Positions 20,167 to 29,852 of a stretch of 64,000 bases of DNA are shown here, piece after piece. The stretch is taken from the NCBI GenBank assembly GCA_903833275.1, contig CAILEP010000013.1:31639-95638 (forward strand), in the 5' to 3' direction. The position numbers and the translations under genes are program-made. The notes beneath the pieces are model-generated. The model worked only from the letters and a program-made list of their open reading frames with translations. It was not told the origin of the DNA and did not search any database. Numbering within the stretch: the stretch's first letter is position 1; the number at the start of each line of letters is the position of its first letter. Source of the DNA: an uncultured Bdellovibrionales bacterium (GTDB lineage Bacteria > Bdellovibrionota > Bdellovibrionia > Bdellovibrionales > UBA1609).

Positions 20167-20931
20167 TTAAAGTCGAATCGCGATATGGCCGTAGTCTTCT
20201 GTGGTCAAAACCGAAATATGATGATCGAGCAAGCGCCGCACCACCTCTGCGTGCGGGTGGCCGTACTTCGCTTTGCGTGCCGAGGCAATGGCGATCGACA
20301 GATCGGGCAGGTGCCTCAACAGGGCCTCGCCTGTACTCGTGCGGCTGCCGTGGTGACCCAAAACCAAAATACGAATGTGATATTCAGCCCGAAGTTGTTT
20401 CAGCCACAGGGCTTCGCCTTCAACGATGCTATCACCAGGCAGTAAAACCGCACCTTCGGGGGAGTCAAAAACATAGACGCGGCTGAGTAAGTTGTGATCG
20501 TGCTCGCTAACATGGGTGGGGAGTGTGGTGATTTCACGAATGCCGGCATCACGAGCGGATTCTGCCGAGCACGGGCGAGCCAATGAAAGATTTTGTTTTT
20601 TTCGCGCACTGATCTCATCAAGCGGGCCCGCGACTAGGCAAAAGCGCGGCAAATGGCGAACGGCCCAGGGCACAAACTTAATGTGATCTTCGTCGCCATG
20701 AGAAATAAAAAGATCGTTGTCGCGAGAGCGACACCAATGTTGCACGGGCGGTGGCCACTTCTCGCCACCAATATCAAAATGGTGGCAGGCGCGATCGGTG
20801 ACAATAGTCACCCAAAGACCCTGCCCAATATCCCAAATAATTAGGAGTGGTTTCAGCCCGGGCGAAATTGGCTTTGTCTGCCAAAATAAAATGCTGAGCA
20901 CCGCAAAAATTTTGACAAAAAGATGAGTCAA
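20167..20931 (-). CDS. ComEC/Rec2 C-terminal metallo-beta-lactamase domain protein (separate ORF)
   Basis: One N-terminal TM helix, then IWDIGQGLW...FDIGGE and the HGDEDH metal-binding motif. A later VLGHHGSRTS motif is typical of the ComEC MBL domain. The start overlaps the upstream ORF's stop by 4 nt. Confidence 0.75.
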   Translation of the reverse strand: MTHLFVKIFAVLSILFWQTKPISPGLKPLLIIWDIGQGLWVTIVTDRACHHFDIGGEKWPPPVQHWCRSRDNDLFISHGDEDHIKFVPWAVRHLPRFCLVAGPLDEISARKKQNLSLARPCSAESARDAGIREITTLPTHVSEHDHNLLSRVYVFDSPEGAVLLPGDSIVEGEALWLKQLRAEYHIRILVLGHHGSRTSTGEALLRHLPDLSIAIASARKAKYGHPHAEVVRRLLDHHISVLTTEDYGHIAIRL

Positions 20932-21887
20932 GGGTTGCCGGCTTTGAAATCGTAGCGATCACTGGGCCAAAAATGCTCAGAGCGATTGTGTTTTTCGTAA
21001 AAAAATAGAACGAAATGAGCACCCAAAACGTAAACGAGGGCCCACCAAGGCGCTGAAGAGTGTGCGGAGTATTTGTGAAGCGCCTCTGAGCCGCCGACAG
21101 AAAAGCCCCAGTTATCTTCAATAACGCCGAGGTAGGTTTGAATTTTCAGGGCGCCTTCAGCAAGTAAATACCAAAATTTTGCAGCTGGATAAGACAATAT
21201 CGGGATTGCGGCAACCATTAAAGCCACGGGCCAAAATATGAGAAGGGCGACCGGCTTTAGAATAAACACCATGAGTGAATTTAGAAAATGGCCGGCATCT
21301 GCATTGAGGCTGAGTGGGTAAATCGCAACGAAGGTGATCGAGCAACGGGCCAAAATTGAGCGAGTCGGCAATTGAAGCGTCAATGAAGCCAGCCAACATA
21401 TAAGAAAGGTAGTGTTGGCCAGCCAGGCGGGGTTGAAAATCGCGCAGAGGGCCCCGGCGATAAAAGAAGTGAGTGCGGTTGGCCAACTCAGGCGTTCTTC
21501 GTAACTGTATCTTTTTGCCATAAGGTGAAGCCAGGCTCGAACTAATGTCGGCGGCATTAAAGTGGCGAAAGAAAGCGCGGTGGCCCAAAAACAAGTTAAA
21601 AATTGCCCCAGTCGATTCTTTGACCCGAGCCCCTTGCGAGCCAGCAGTTCGAATAAAAAAATGTGGATTCCAGAAAGCGAAAGATAGGGGCTAAGCCGGC
21701 GACACGTTTCGCTCGTTGTTTTTTGGTCACAAATGAAGGCGCGGTAAATTTCAGAAAACGACAGATTTGAAGAGAACAGATTAAGACAGGTGATGTGAGT
21801 TTTAACAGAAACTGATGCCCAATAATTATACAAATAGGAGTTAATTAGTAGAGCGATGATTAAAGAAAAGAATAGGTACTTCCACAT
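20928..21887 (-). CDS. ComEC/Rec2 competence-channel membrane domain protein (separate ORF)
   Basis: 319-aa polytopic membrane protein directly upstream of, and coupled to, the MBL-domain ORF. Its position and topology match the ComEC competence domain. The family call rests mostly on context. Confidence 0.6.
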   Translation of the reverse strand: MWKYLFFSLIIALLINSYLYNYWASVSVKTHITCLNLFSSNLSFSEIYRAFICDQKTTSETCRRLSPYLSLSGIHIFLFELLARKGLGSKNRLGQFLTCFWATALSFATLMPPTLVRAWLHLMAKRYSYEERLSWPTALTSFIAGALCAIFNPAWLANTTFLICWLASLTLQLPTRSILARCSITFVAIYPLSLNADAGHFLNSLMVFILKPVALLIFWPVALMVAAIPILSYPAAKFWYLLAEGALKIQTYLGVIEDNWGFSVGGSEALHKYSAHSSAPWWALVYVLGAHFVLFFYEKHNRSEHFWPSDRYDFKAGNP

Positions 21888-22221
21888 ACAACTAATGCTG
21901 GTTGCAGATTTGCGGCCAAGCTCAACTGTGTTTTAACAATACAGAACGTTTAAGATTGTCCGATTCGATCCCGTTTTGTTCGACCGGACGGATGTAAGAA
22001 TATGATAAGCATTTTCTTAACATAATCATAACATCCATATAATTTCAATAATTACATATACTTAAGCACGCTTACCTTTTATGCATTTCGCTGAAACGCA
22101 TGCCTGCGCTTAAGTCTAACGTCTAGCTAACATTTAATTCCACAATTAATGTGGATAATTACCTGAACGCTCCTGCTTCAAATTATTGCATTGTGCGACA
22201 AATTCGTTAACCATTTAAGAT

Positions 22222-22872
22222 ATGAGCGATTTTTCAAAGAAAAAAATTTGGGTCGAAGAAGCAATGACTGTTGGTTTGGTCGGTATATTCACATTTTTGG
22301 GTGGCTGTGCCCAAGAAGCGCCAAAGGCCGACGCAGGTCGCCTTTTGAAAATGAGCCGACATAACCGCGTTATTCAAAATGAAGCTGAACAGACACGATT
22401 GCGCGAACTTATGCGGCACGAACGCGATAATTATCGTCGGATGTTGTCGAAAAAGTTCCCCCTGCCAAAAGTCGTAAACGAAGAGAGTTTGTACTCCGAA
22501 GTAATTCGGGCCTTTCAAGCGCGCCAAATCGATGCCGTTGATCACTACGCCGATGCGTTTCTTGAGCGTTATCCGCAGAGTGTATTTGCCGATAAAGCTA
22601 TTTATTTGAAGGGGCAGATTCATTTAATTTTGGGCTTTCCGGCTGAAGCGCTTAGAGAATTTGAGCGAGTGACGTCAGAATACCCAACCGGCAATAAATT
22701 TGTCGCGGCCCTCTTTGGCAAGGGTGTTTGCTATCGAAAACTACAGCTCTATCAATACGCCGAAAAAGTCATGGATGATGTTCGTCGCGATTACCCCGGT
22801 AGCCCCGAGTTCTATAAGACCGAGCTCGAGCGAAAATTGATTAAAGTCGAATCGGAGACTCACGAGTCATAG
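22222..22872 (+). CDS. TPR lipoprotein (YbgF/BamD-like)
   Basis: Lipoprotein signal LVGIFTFLGGC. The C-terminal region (FLERYPQSVFADKAIYLKGQIHL...EYPTGNKFVAALFGKGVCY...DYPGSPE) resembles the YbgF/BamD TPR-type repeat. Confidence 0.6.
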   Translation: MSDFSKKKIWVEEAMTVGLVGIFTFLGGCAQEAPKADAGRLLKMSRHNRVIQNEAEQTRLRELMRHERDNYRRMLSKKFPLPKVVNEESLYSEVIRAFQARQIDAVDHYADAFLERYPQSVFADKAIYLKGQIHLILGFPAEALREFERVTSEYPTGNKFVAALFGKGVCYRKLQLYQYAEKVMDDVRRDYPGSPEFYKTELERKLIKVESETHES

Positions 22873-22922
22873 TCGCCGAGTTTGGGTCGAAAATTTTGTC
22901 GAGTTTGGACAAGGAAGTTCGA

Positions 22923-24881
22923 ATGCGTTTAGAAAAGCTGCAATTGCGAAAAGTTTTAATTTTAACGGCCACCTCTGGACTGCTGCTTTTTGGCCAGCAG
23001 CAGGCGGCGCACTCCGCAAAAAAAGAAGATAACCTTGATTTCAATAATGAGCAGGAGCTTAAACTTAAAGACACGTCAGAGGATGATGCGCAATTTGAAA
23101 AAGAGCTTGAGTTAAAGCTCGACGATGATTCTAAGAAAGAGGCCAAGGCCGAACCGAAAAATTCTTCTAAAGAAGAAGTTAAAAACGAGGCAAAGCCCGA
23201 GGCCATCCCGCCCGCCGATTCGACCGCCATTGATGATGCTGGGTTCGATGCATTCGAAGAGCCCAAACAGCAAAAGGTTACAAAGCCAGAGCCAGAACCT
23301 GAGGCGCTTAAAACTGAGTCGCCGCCGCCAAGTCTCGAGGCCGAAACCTCTGTGGCGCCGATGGCCCCGGCTTCTGATGAGCCTGATTTGCAATACGAAG
23401 CAAAGCTTCATGATATCTACGCAAACTTTTACAGCTCAAAAACCCCCGATACCGAATGGCAGACCCTCGTTGGCACCCATGCTTCTGAGCGCTATCAAAT
23501 TCACAAGGGCGATAACCTTTGGAATATTAGCAAAACCCTTTTCGGAGACGGCAATTATTGGCCCAAAGTTTGGGCGCTCAATAGCAAGCTGACCAATCCG
23601 CACTTGGTGACGACGAACAATCAAATTCGTTTTATGTTAGGTGACGAGTCAGGCCCGCCAGTGTTTACCGTAACTGAAAATGCGACAGCCAATGTACAAA
23701 CCAATGTACAAGCCAACGCACAAACAAATATCGAGGCCGAGGCGCAAGGCAATGTGAAGGCCGAGGGTCAGATTGCTAAGCAAGCGCCCACCGAAGAGGC
23801 CTCAGATAACGCTGAGCCTGATATCCCACCGCCGCTAAAAATCAGTCGGCCGGTGCTTAAGCGCTTGCCGCCCAGTTTGCCCGAGTGGCAAGACACGTCT
23901 GCATCGGGTAAATACGATGAACTTGGTATCGATTATGCTCATCGTAAAATATTAGAAATAAAAGATCAGATACCTCTCGTGGGCTATATTTCTGAAAAAA
24001 TCCCTGAACCGCTCGGTGTGGTTCGTGAAGTTGAAGTCGGCAACAACATGGCTTCAGCTTTTCAATATATTTATGTCGTCATGAAAAAGGGTCAGGGCCA
24101 AGTGGGCGAAACCTATTTGGCGGTCGCGAGTCGTGGTGAGGTGCAAAGCGTGCACTCGTCAATTTCGGGGTTTTTGGGGTATTCGATCGAAGTGCAAGGC
24201 GAAGTGCAACTCGTTGAGCGGGTGGGCGCAAAAGCCCAAGTTGATGGGGAGATGTTTCGCGCTCTCGTTCTGCGAATTATTAGCCCGGTTTCAACTGAAG
24301 CGATCTTGATACCTGGCAAAATCGAAAACACCGCGGTGACTGAAAAAGGCCCTCGCAGCCAGGTCGTTGCACAAATTATTGGTGGCTCTTATTTCAATCG
24401 TCGACAGGTTTACGGAAATCAATCAATCGCATTTCTGAATCGAGGCGAATTAGATGGTCTCGAAGAAGGCCAGATATTGCCCATTCGTGCAAATCGCGCT
24501 GTTCGACTGGCCGACACCGAGGTCACTGAAAACGTTCGACCTATTGGCTGGATACGCTTAATCAAGACGACCCCTCATTTTGCAACGGGATTGGTGGTTC
24601 GAGTTTGGTCGGATGTGCTCACAGGAGACCTGACTGGTTCTGGCGAATTGCTGCCTCGGGCAAATAAGCGGGGGTCAGTAGTGGATGCCCCCAAAACGGC
24701 CTCTTCGAAAAAGCTAATTCAAGAGCTTGATGAAGATGAAGATCTTGGCGCGCCCCCAGCTAACTTGCCGATGAATAAACCAGACGGAGAATCTGAGAAA
24801 GCTCAGCCGTCAGAGCAAAATGACGGCGGCTCTAAGGGTGAGCCTGTTCTTAAATTTGACGAAGACGATTCGGGTTTTTAA
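22923..24881 (+). CDS. LysM domain-containing secreted protein
   Basis: The ATG at 22923 has AAGGAAG 5 nt upstream. Signal-like N-terminus, an acidic low-complexity region, and a LysM motif (YQIHKGDNLWNISKTLFGDGNYWPKVWALNSKLTNPHLVTTNNQIRF). Confidence 0.7.
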   Translation: MRLEKLQLRKVLILTATSGLLLFGQQQAAHSAKKEDNLDFNNEQELKLKDTSEDDAQFEKELELKLDDDSKKEAKAEPKNSSKEEVKNEAKPEAIPPADSTAIDDAGFDAFEEPKQQKVTKPEPEPEALKTESPPPSLEAETSVAPMAPASDEPDLQYEAKLHDIYANFYSSKTPDTEWQTLVGTHASERYQIHKGDNLWNISKTLFGDGNYWPKVWALNSKLTNPHLVTTNNQIRFMLGDESGPPVFTVTENATANVQTNVQANAQTNIEAEAQGNVKAEGQIAKQAPTEEASDNAEPDIPPPLKISRPVLKRLPPSLPEWQDTSASGKYDELGIDYAHRKILEIKDQIPLVGYISEKIPEPLGVVREVEVGNNMASAFQYIYVVMKKGQGQVGETYLAVASRGEVQSVHSSISGFLGYSIEVQGEVQLVERVGAKAQVDGEMFRALVLRIISPVSTEAILIPGKIENTAVTEKGPRSQVVAQIIGGSYFNRRQVYGNQSIAFLNRGELDGLEEGQILPIRANRAVRLADTEVTENVRPIGWIRLIKTTPHFATGLVVRVWSDVLTGDLTGSGELLPRANKRGSVVDAPKTASSKKLIQELDEDEDLGAPPANLPMNKPDGESEKAQPSEQNDGGSKGEPVLKFDEDDSGF

Positions 24882-25014
24882 TATTTCATAAAACCGAGTT
24901 CCGCCGAGTTTGTCCGAAAGTAGATTAGAAAATAAATTAGTCGGAAGTTTCTGTACGCCTAGGTTTACTAGGCGCGTTTTGATTCGGGCCCACTTTTTGC
25001 TTAGCCCTAATTTC

Positions 25015-25797
25015 ATGATTGAATTTATGAGCCAAGAAGAGGTCGAGTGGTGTGAGTTAAACAAAGTCCGAATCACAACGCCGGGCCAATCCGATTACCC
25101 TCAATTCTTTTCAAGCTGCACCTATCGGCCCCATTTTTTAACCTATTGGGGCCAACCGATCTGGAACGAAAAATCGATGATCTCAATTGTGGGCAGTCGA
25201 AACCCTAGTCGCCAGGCACTTGATTGGATGGAGCAAGAGCTTACACTTTTTCTCGATCGGTTTGATATGCCGGTGGTTAGCGGTGGGGCGCGCGGGGTTG
25301 ATCAACGAGCTCATCAAATTGCGTTAAGGATGGGCCGGGGCACCGTGGTGTTTGTGCCGGCAGGTTTAATGAAGCTCTATCCTGATTCACTCAAAGAGTG
25401 GGTGCCTGCCATTATTGAAAACGGCGGAGCAGTGATCAGTCAATTCGCTCCAAAAATGTCCATGCAGAAAGGTTTCTTTCACGCCCGCAATCGACTGATC
25501 GCGGCGATTTCGCCGGTGACTTTGGCGGTCGAGGCGCGAAGGCAAAGTGGCACACTTCTTACATCAAAGCATGTATTAGATATTGGTCATGCACTCGGAG
25601 TGGTCCCTAGCTTTCCGAATGAGGCGGGCCTCGGCGGTCTCGATCTCATTGTTGATGGTGGGGCTCAAATTATTCGCGATGCAGACGATCTATCAGTTTT
25701 CGCGGGAGCGGCGAAATTGGTAAATTCCAAAGCCCAAAAAGATGATGTTGGTCATCCACGCGCCGATCGACGCTGGCATTTTTCCAGACCGAATTAA
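25015..25797 (+). CDS. dprA: DNA processing protein DprA (Smf)
   Basis: Rossmann-like DprA core: ISIVGSRNPS, VVSGGARGVDQRAHQ and FFHARNRLIAAIS. The start is uncertain (ATG at 25015 or 25027; track start 24910). Confidence 0.8.
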   Translation: MIEFMSQEEVEWCELNKVRITTPGQSDYPQFFSSCTYRPHFLTYWGQPIWNEKSMISIVGSRNPSRQALDWMEQELTLFLDRFDMPVVSGGARGVDQRAHQIALRMGRGTVVFVPAGLMKLYPDSLKEWVPAIIENGGAVISQFAPKMSMQKGFFHARNRLIAAISPVTLAVEARRQSGTLLTSKHVLDIGHALGVVPSFPNEAGLGGLDLIVDGGAQIIRDADDLSVFAGAAKLVNSKAQKDDVGHPRADRRWHFSRPN

Positions 25798-26775
25798 GCT
25801 TTCAAAGCCAACGTAGACAGCCCAGTAGATTACAAGTGTGCTTATGCAAATAACCATACTGCCGCTGCGGGCGGCGCGACGATTGGTCACGGTTCCGAGG
25901 CCAAAACCAACGAGCGCCAAAATTAAGCAGGTTGCCGAAAGTGCCCAGCGGCGATGCCACTCAAGAATGAAATTAATAGATTCGTTGTCCTTGGGGTCTA
26001 GATGCTTCATCGCTTCGTGAAGCTCGCTCATGTCCATCGACTCGGGCCCACTTTTTCGTTCTTTATTTTGATTTGGGTCAAATAGGCTTATGTCGTAAGT
26101 TCCGAAATCAATTTTGGTATAAAATTCTTTGGCCGACTTATGCACACTCCCGCTGAATAAACGCAGCAGGGCTTCTTGCCCGACATCTGTGGCGTGGGTC
26201 ACAAGTTCGCCTTCTTTGGCGATTATTGTGAGCGGCGATGCTTGATCACGTTCGTCGAAAATAAAAACCTTTTTAAGAATGCCTTCGCTCGAATTAACTT
26301 TGCTTGCGTAAATGACGAGATCAAAGGCCCCTTCTGAAAAAACGCCCTCACGAATAGAAACCGCCGGCCGGGTCTGCATGAGTTTGCCAATTAGATTGTT
26401 GAGCTGCAGGTTGCCCCACGGGGCCAAGCGAAACGAAACTTGCAAAGAGAGCACAGAGATAAGGGCGCCAAGTACAAGGGCCGGCAGCAACAAATGAAAT
26501 TGGCCCAGACCTAAGGCTTTGAAGGCGACAATTTCAGAATCACCACTCATGCGCCCATAAGTAAGCAAGACCGCAAACATCAACGCGATTGGCAATAAAA
26601 TTGGAAGAAAGCCAAGTGCGGTAAAAAAAATGAGCTGTAGCGTGGCGCTGAATTTTGCGCCGTGAATGATCACATACTCGCTCAATTGAAATGACTGAAA
26701 CATTATCAACACGAGAATGAAAATGGTCATGCCCAAAAGAAAAATGGGCAAGAGCTCAAACACAATATACTTCAT
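25693..26775 (-). CDS. LptF/LptG-family (YjgP/YjgQ) LPS export permease
   Basis: N-terminus MKYIVFELLPIFLLGMTIFILVLIMF. The topology is three TM helices, a periplasmic domain, then three TM helices, typical of the family. Confidence 0.75.
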   Translation of the reverse strand: MKYIVFELLPIFLLGMTIFILVLIMFQSFQLSEYVIIHGAKFSATLQLIFFTALGFLPILLPIALMFAVLLTYGRMSGDSEIVAFKALGLGQFHLLLPALVLGALISVLSLQVSFRLAPWGNLQLNNLIGKLMQTRPAVSIREGVFSEGAFDLVIYASKVNSSEGILKKVFIFDERDQASPLTIIAKEGELVTHATDVGQEALLRLFSGSVHKSAKEFYTKIDFGTYDISLFDPNQNKERKSGPESMDMSELHEAMKHLDPKDNESINFILEWHRRWALSATCLILALVGFGLGTVTNRRAARSGSMVICISTLVIYWAVYVGFESLIRSGKMPASIGAWMTNIIFLGFGIYQFRRSREN

Positions 26776-26848
26776 GGCCAAGCGGCCGCGAGCTAACTCA
26801 TTCACAACTAGCCTTGACGAAAATTACCAAAATTAATCAAAATCAAAT

Positions 26849-27745
26849 ATGCTTCGCATATTTTTAGTTATAGATGATTATAACGAACTTATTTACCTTC
26901 AATCACTCTTAAAAAAGCTTGGCTTCGATGTTGAGGGTTTGCAGAACCAAAAGAAGTATGCGGACGTAAGTCTGGGTTTCAATCCGCAGATCCTGATCAC
27001 CACTGCGCGGGGCAGAAAAGTGGACGGCCTGGCGCTCTCCCGCAGCATCGCCAAGCGGCGTGGGATACCCAAGGTGATCGCCCTGCGGTCGCCAGGTGAC
27101 TCCTTTAGCCCCAGTGATTTCGAAGATGCCGGCGTTGACGAGGTGCTCGATAGCCCTATTAACCCCAAGAAGTTGCTCTTGTGCATCGCTACTCTTGGGG
27201 CGGTCGATGAAGTTGTGTTGCTCGAGAAGTACGTCAAGATCAAAGCCAACGCCATGGTTACCGACGAAGAAGCGCAGCTGATCACAGTTTTTGATGACAA
27301 TGGCCAGCCGAGCCAAGATATCCAACGCGTGAAGGCCGCGCTTGAGACAGCCCACAAACAAATTGTGGAGGGTGGGGATGCGGCGGCCCGCTTTCCGCTG
27401 GCAAATGCGAATGGCACCAGTGAGGCGGTCTCTGATGCAGTCGGGGTCAAAGAGTTTTCGGTTACTCCAACGGCGGACCGTACTTCGACCGATGCGAAGC
27501 ACGATAGAGATACTCCAACTGAAAGCTCAGCATTGGCCGATGAAATCGGCGTCGGGCCCGCGCGCCAGTTGCGATTTGATAAATGGATTGGTGAAATGGG
27601 AAAGCTGCCGGTTAGCTATTTTGATAGATCTCGAATTCTCGAGTTTAATCGTAAAATTCGAGAGCAGGGCTCGACTGAAGATATTGAAGAAATCGAGTCA
27701 GATCGACGCGATTTCGTGCGCGCATTATTTAAAGGTAAAAAATAA
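26849..27745 (+). CDS. Receiver-like (probable pseudo-receiver) domain protein
   Basis: The N-terminal beta-alpha pattern IFLVIDDYNELIYLQSLLKKLGFDV resembles a CheY-like receiver. The expected phospho-acceptor position reads ILITTARG, with no Asp. The C-terminal half is acidic and low-complexity. Confidence 0.5.
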   Translation: MLRIFLVIDDYNELIYLQSLLKKLGFDVEGLQNQKKYADVSLGFNPQILITTARGRKVDGLALSRSIAKRRGIPKVIALRSPGDSFSPSDFEDAGVDEVLDSPINPKKLLLCIATLGAVDEVVLLEKYVKIKANAMVTDEEAQLITVFDDNGQPSQDIQRVKAALETAHKQIVEGGDAAARFPLANANGTSEAVSDAVGVKEFSVTPTADRTSTDAKHDRDTPTESSALADEIGVGPARQLRFDKWIGEMGKLPVSYFDRSRILEFNRKIREQGSTEDIEEIESDRRDFVRALFKGKK

Positions 27746-27779
27746 GCTAGCTTAATTTTTTGCGCAGGCGAGCGTTTTT

Positions 27780-29717
27780 TTAGCCGGCACTTTTCTTAAA
27801 AAACTTTGTCACAACTGTTGAAAAGTCGTCGCTAAAATTACTTTTTGATGGGCGCGAATAATTCTGTTTAATGAACATGATTTCGCGTTTGGCATCTTCG
27901 AAAAATGGGTCAAGGCTCATGGCGTGTTTAAAGTGCATATAGGCCTTCTGAACTTGGCCGGTGAGCTCGTAGTACATCCCTCTCACTAGATAGTATTTGG
28001 CCCCGTGCCGATCTTCGTGGGCAACCTTGGGTAGTAGGCTTGAGATCATTTCGGCCAATTCGCGGCGGTTGGCGCGATGCCTTTTTTCTTTAATGAGGGC
28101 CCAGATATAATAAATTATCGTGTCGCTGCGCCGGCCCTTCATGGTCATTGCGCGCTTAAAAGTTTTGCGCGCATCTTTAAAGGCTCGCTGTTGTAACAGG
28201 CGTTGGCCCTCTTCAAAAGTTGATTCAGCTTTAAGAATTTCATCCGCCAAACCGACTTCGAGAGTTCTTACGTAGTTTTCGTGCTTAGCCGGGACGCTAA
28301 GGGTTTGAAAGGCATCCGTAATTTTAGTGAAGATATCTTGGGTCACATTGCGCAACTCTGCCGGGGCGGATTGCGGCAATTTGTCGGGGTGAAATGTCTT
28401 AGCTAGATCGTGGTAGGCACGGTTGATTTCAGAAGGCTTTGCACTGCGTCCGACGCCGAGAGTTTCAAAGTAATTCTGTTTCTGAATATCTTGCCAGATG
28501 CTCGAAAGCCGAGTGAGCTTAGTGTCTGAGCCTTCGCTATAACCCAGTTTTGGCCCGAATCGTAAAATTCTTTGGGCCAACATAAAATAAATCGCGCGAT
28601 AGATATCATTCTCAACTTTTTTGTTAGTCGCCACAATTTCGTGAATAGGGCGGGCCCAAACCTGCGAGCCCGGCATGCGCATAAAGGGTCGTAAGGCCGG
28701 TAGGTCTTTAACCATGTCTAGATGACTTTGGTGCGCACTTAATATCAGAGGGTTGTCAAACCAGTGGGTAAAAAAAGATTTAAGCCACTCAGGGGTTATT
28801 TTTGAACAGATCCAATCGCTACAAAGTTGTGTGAATCGAAAGGCATCGATAAAAACCGTGGGCTCGGCGCGACTGTCAGAAACAAATGAGATTTTAACGC
28901 TGGCATCTTGAATCGTCTTTGAAATACGAATGACCATTTGTTCGTGTTGAACAATTTCAATCGCGTGTGGCGACAAATAAGAGTTCTCAATAAGCATTTC
29001 GCCAATTCTCTTGCCGCCAGAAGTTTGAGCCAAAATCTCTTCGACTTCTTCGGGGGTTGTAAAACCCTTTTCGACGAGCAGCACGCCGAAATAAGATTCG
29101 ACATCCGGGTGTTTGACGAAATCAATTCGGCCTCGGTTGAAGCCAACGTGGCTCGAGCGCCCATCATCGTAGGTGATATTGAGAAACCCCGAAATCTGCG
29201 AATCAAGTAGGAGCGAATAGATAAATGGCAAATCAAAGCCATGCACGAGTTTGGTGTTTTCAATTGCGAGAAGTTTGTCGCGCGCAGAGTATTGTTCTTT
29301 AGCGTAAAGTTGTGGCAGCGGTTCTTGCGCTTCGTCGAGCGTATCGGCAAAGGCCGTGTCGTAAATATCTATCAGTGATTGTAGATCGAACGGCTTATTC
29401 AAAAAGGCTTTAGCGTGGGTTCGAGAAAGCGCATCGCCCGAGAAGGCGCGATCTTTGTAAATGCCGCTAGTGAGAACGGTCACCAATTTGGGGTAGGCGG
29501 CGACATTCTCCGCCACAAAATCGACGCCGTTTTTTTGCGGCAGCAGGCAATCCACCACCATCCCGTGGTAAACAGAAAGCTTTAAAGCCGACTTAGCCAG
29601 TTGAGCAGTGCCCACCAGCTTGACCGTATAACCAGCTCGTTTGAGCCCCTCTTCAAGGGCTCGGCCCAGAGTCGGGTCGTCTTCGACTATGAGAATTTGA
29701 AGTTCTGCCTTTTGCAT
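27780..29717 (-). CDS. Response-regulator receiver / J-domain / TPR fusion protein
   Basis: Receiver domain: LQILIVEDDPTLGRALEEGL...GMVVDCLLPQKNG. J domain: NYFETLGVGRSAKPSEINRAYHDLAKTFHPDK, including the HPD motif. The C-terminus is TPR-like. I chose the start at ATG 29717 (MQKAELQ) to avoid overlapping divergent trxA. Confidence 0.75.
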   Translation of the reverse strand: MQKAELQILIVEDDPTLGRALEEGLKRAGYTVKLVGTAQLAKSALKLSVYHGMVVDCLLPQKNGVDFVAENVAAYPKLVTVLTSGIYKDRAFSGDALSRTHAKAFLNKPFDLQSLIDIYDTAFADTLDEAQEPLPQLYAKEQYSARDKLLAIENTKLVHGFDLPFIYSLLLDSQISGFLNITYDDGRSSHVGFNRGRIDFVKHPDVESYFGVLLVEKGFTTPEEVEEILAQTSGGKRIGEMLIENSYLSPHAIEIVQHEQMVIRISKTIQDASVKISFVSDSRAEPTVFIDAFRFTQLCSDWICSKITPEWLKSFFTHWFDNPLILSAHQSHLDMVKDLPALRPFMRMPGSQVWARPIHEIVATNKKVENDIYRAIYFMLAQRILRFGPKLGYSEGSDTKLTRLSSIWQDIQKQNYFETLGVGRSAKPSEINRAYHDLAKTFHPDKLPQSAPAELRNVTQDIFTKITDAFQTLSVPAKHENYVRTLEVGLADEILKAESTFEEGQRLLQQRAFKDARKTFKRAMTMKGRRSDTIIYYIWALIKEKRHRANRRELAEMISSLLPKVAHEDRHGAKYYLVRGMYYELTGQVQKAYMHFKHAMSLDPFFEDAKREIMFIKQNYSRPSKSNFSDDFSTVVTKFFKKSAG

Positions 29718-29852
29718 GCACTTATCTATCGGAAATTCGTAGGGATAAGTGATGCAATCGCGATAGAATATAGACCTTTGTCGGGTATTGAAGTATTCTA
29801 GGAATTCAAACATATTGAGATAGCCGCATGAGCATGGCGTTAAGGAGTCCAA

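Noticed and set aside
21888-22221. AT-rich 334-bp intergenic region with small imperfect palindromes (ATGCATTTCGCTGAAACGCAT, CCACAATTAATGTGG)
   Set aside because: It is probably just a divergent promoter region between the comEC-like and TPR-lipoprotein genes. The palindromes are imperfect, and I could fold no RNA gene or mobile-element end from it.
26899-27502. Two long minus-strand ORFs (183 and 197 aa) opposite the receiver-like gene
   Set aside because: They overlap each other and the + strand gene. Neither has an RBS or motifs. They are probably a by-product of locally stop-poor composition. The + strand frame has the receiver-like N-terminus and a sensible start.
28796-29350. 184-aa minus-strand ORF in an alternative frame within the receiver/J-domain gene
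   Set aside because: It is out of frame with the 27780-29717 CDS, which carries the clear receiver and J-domain motifs.
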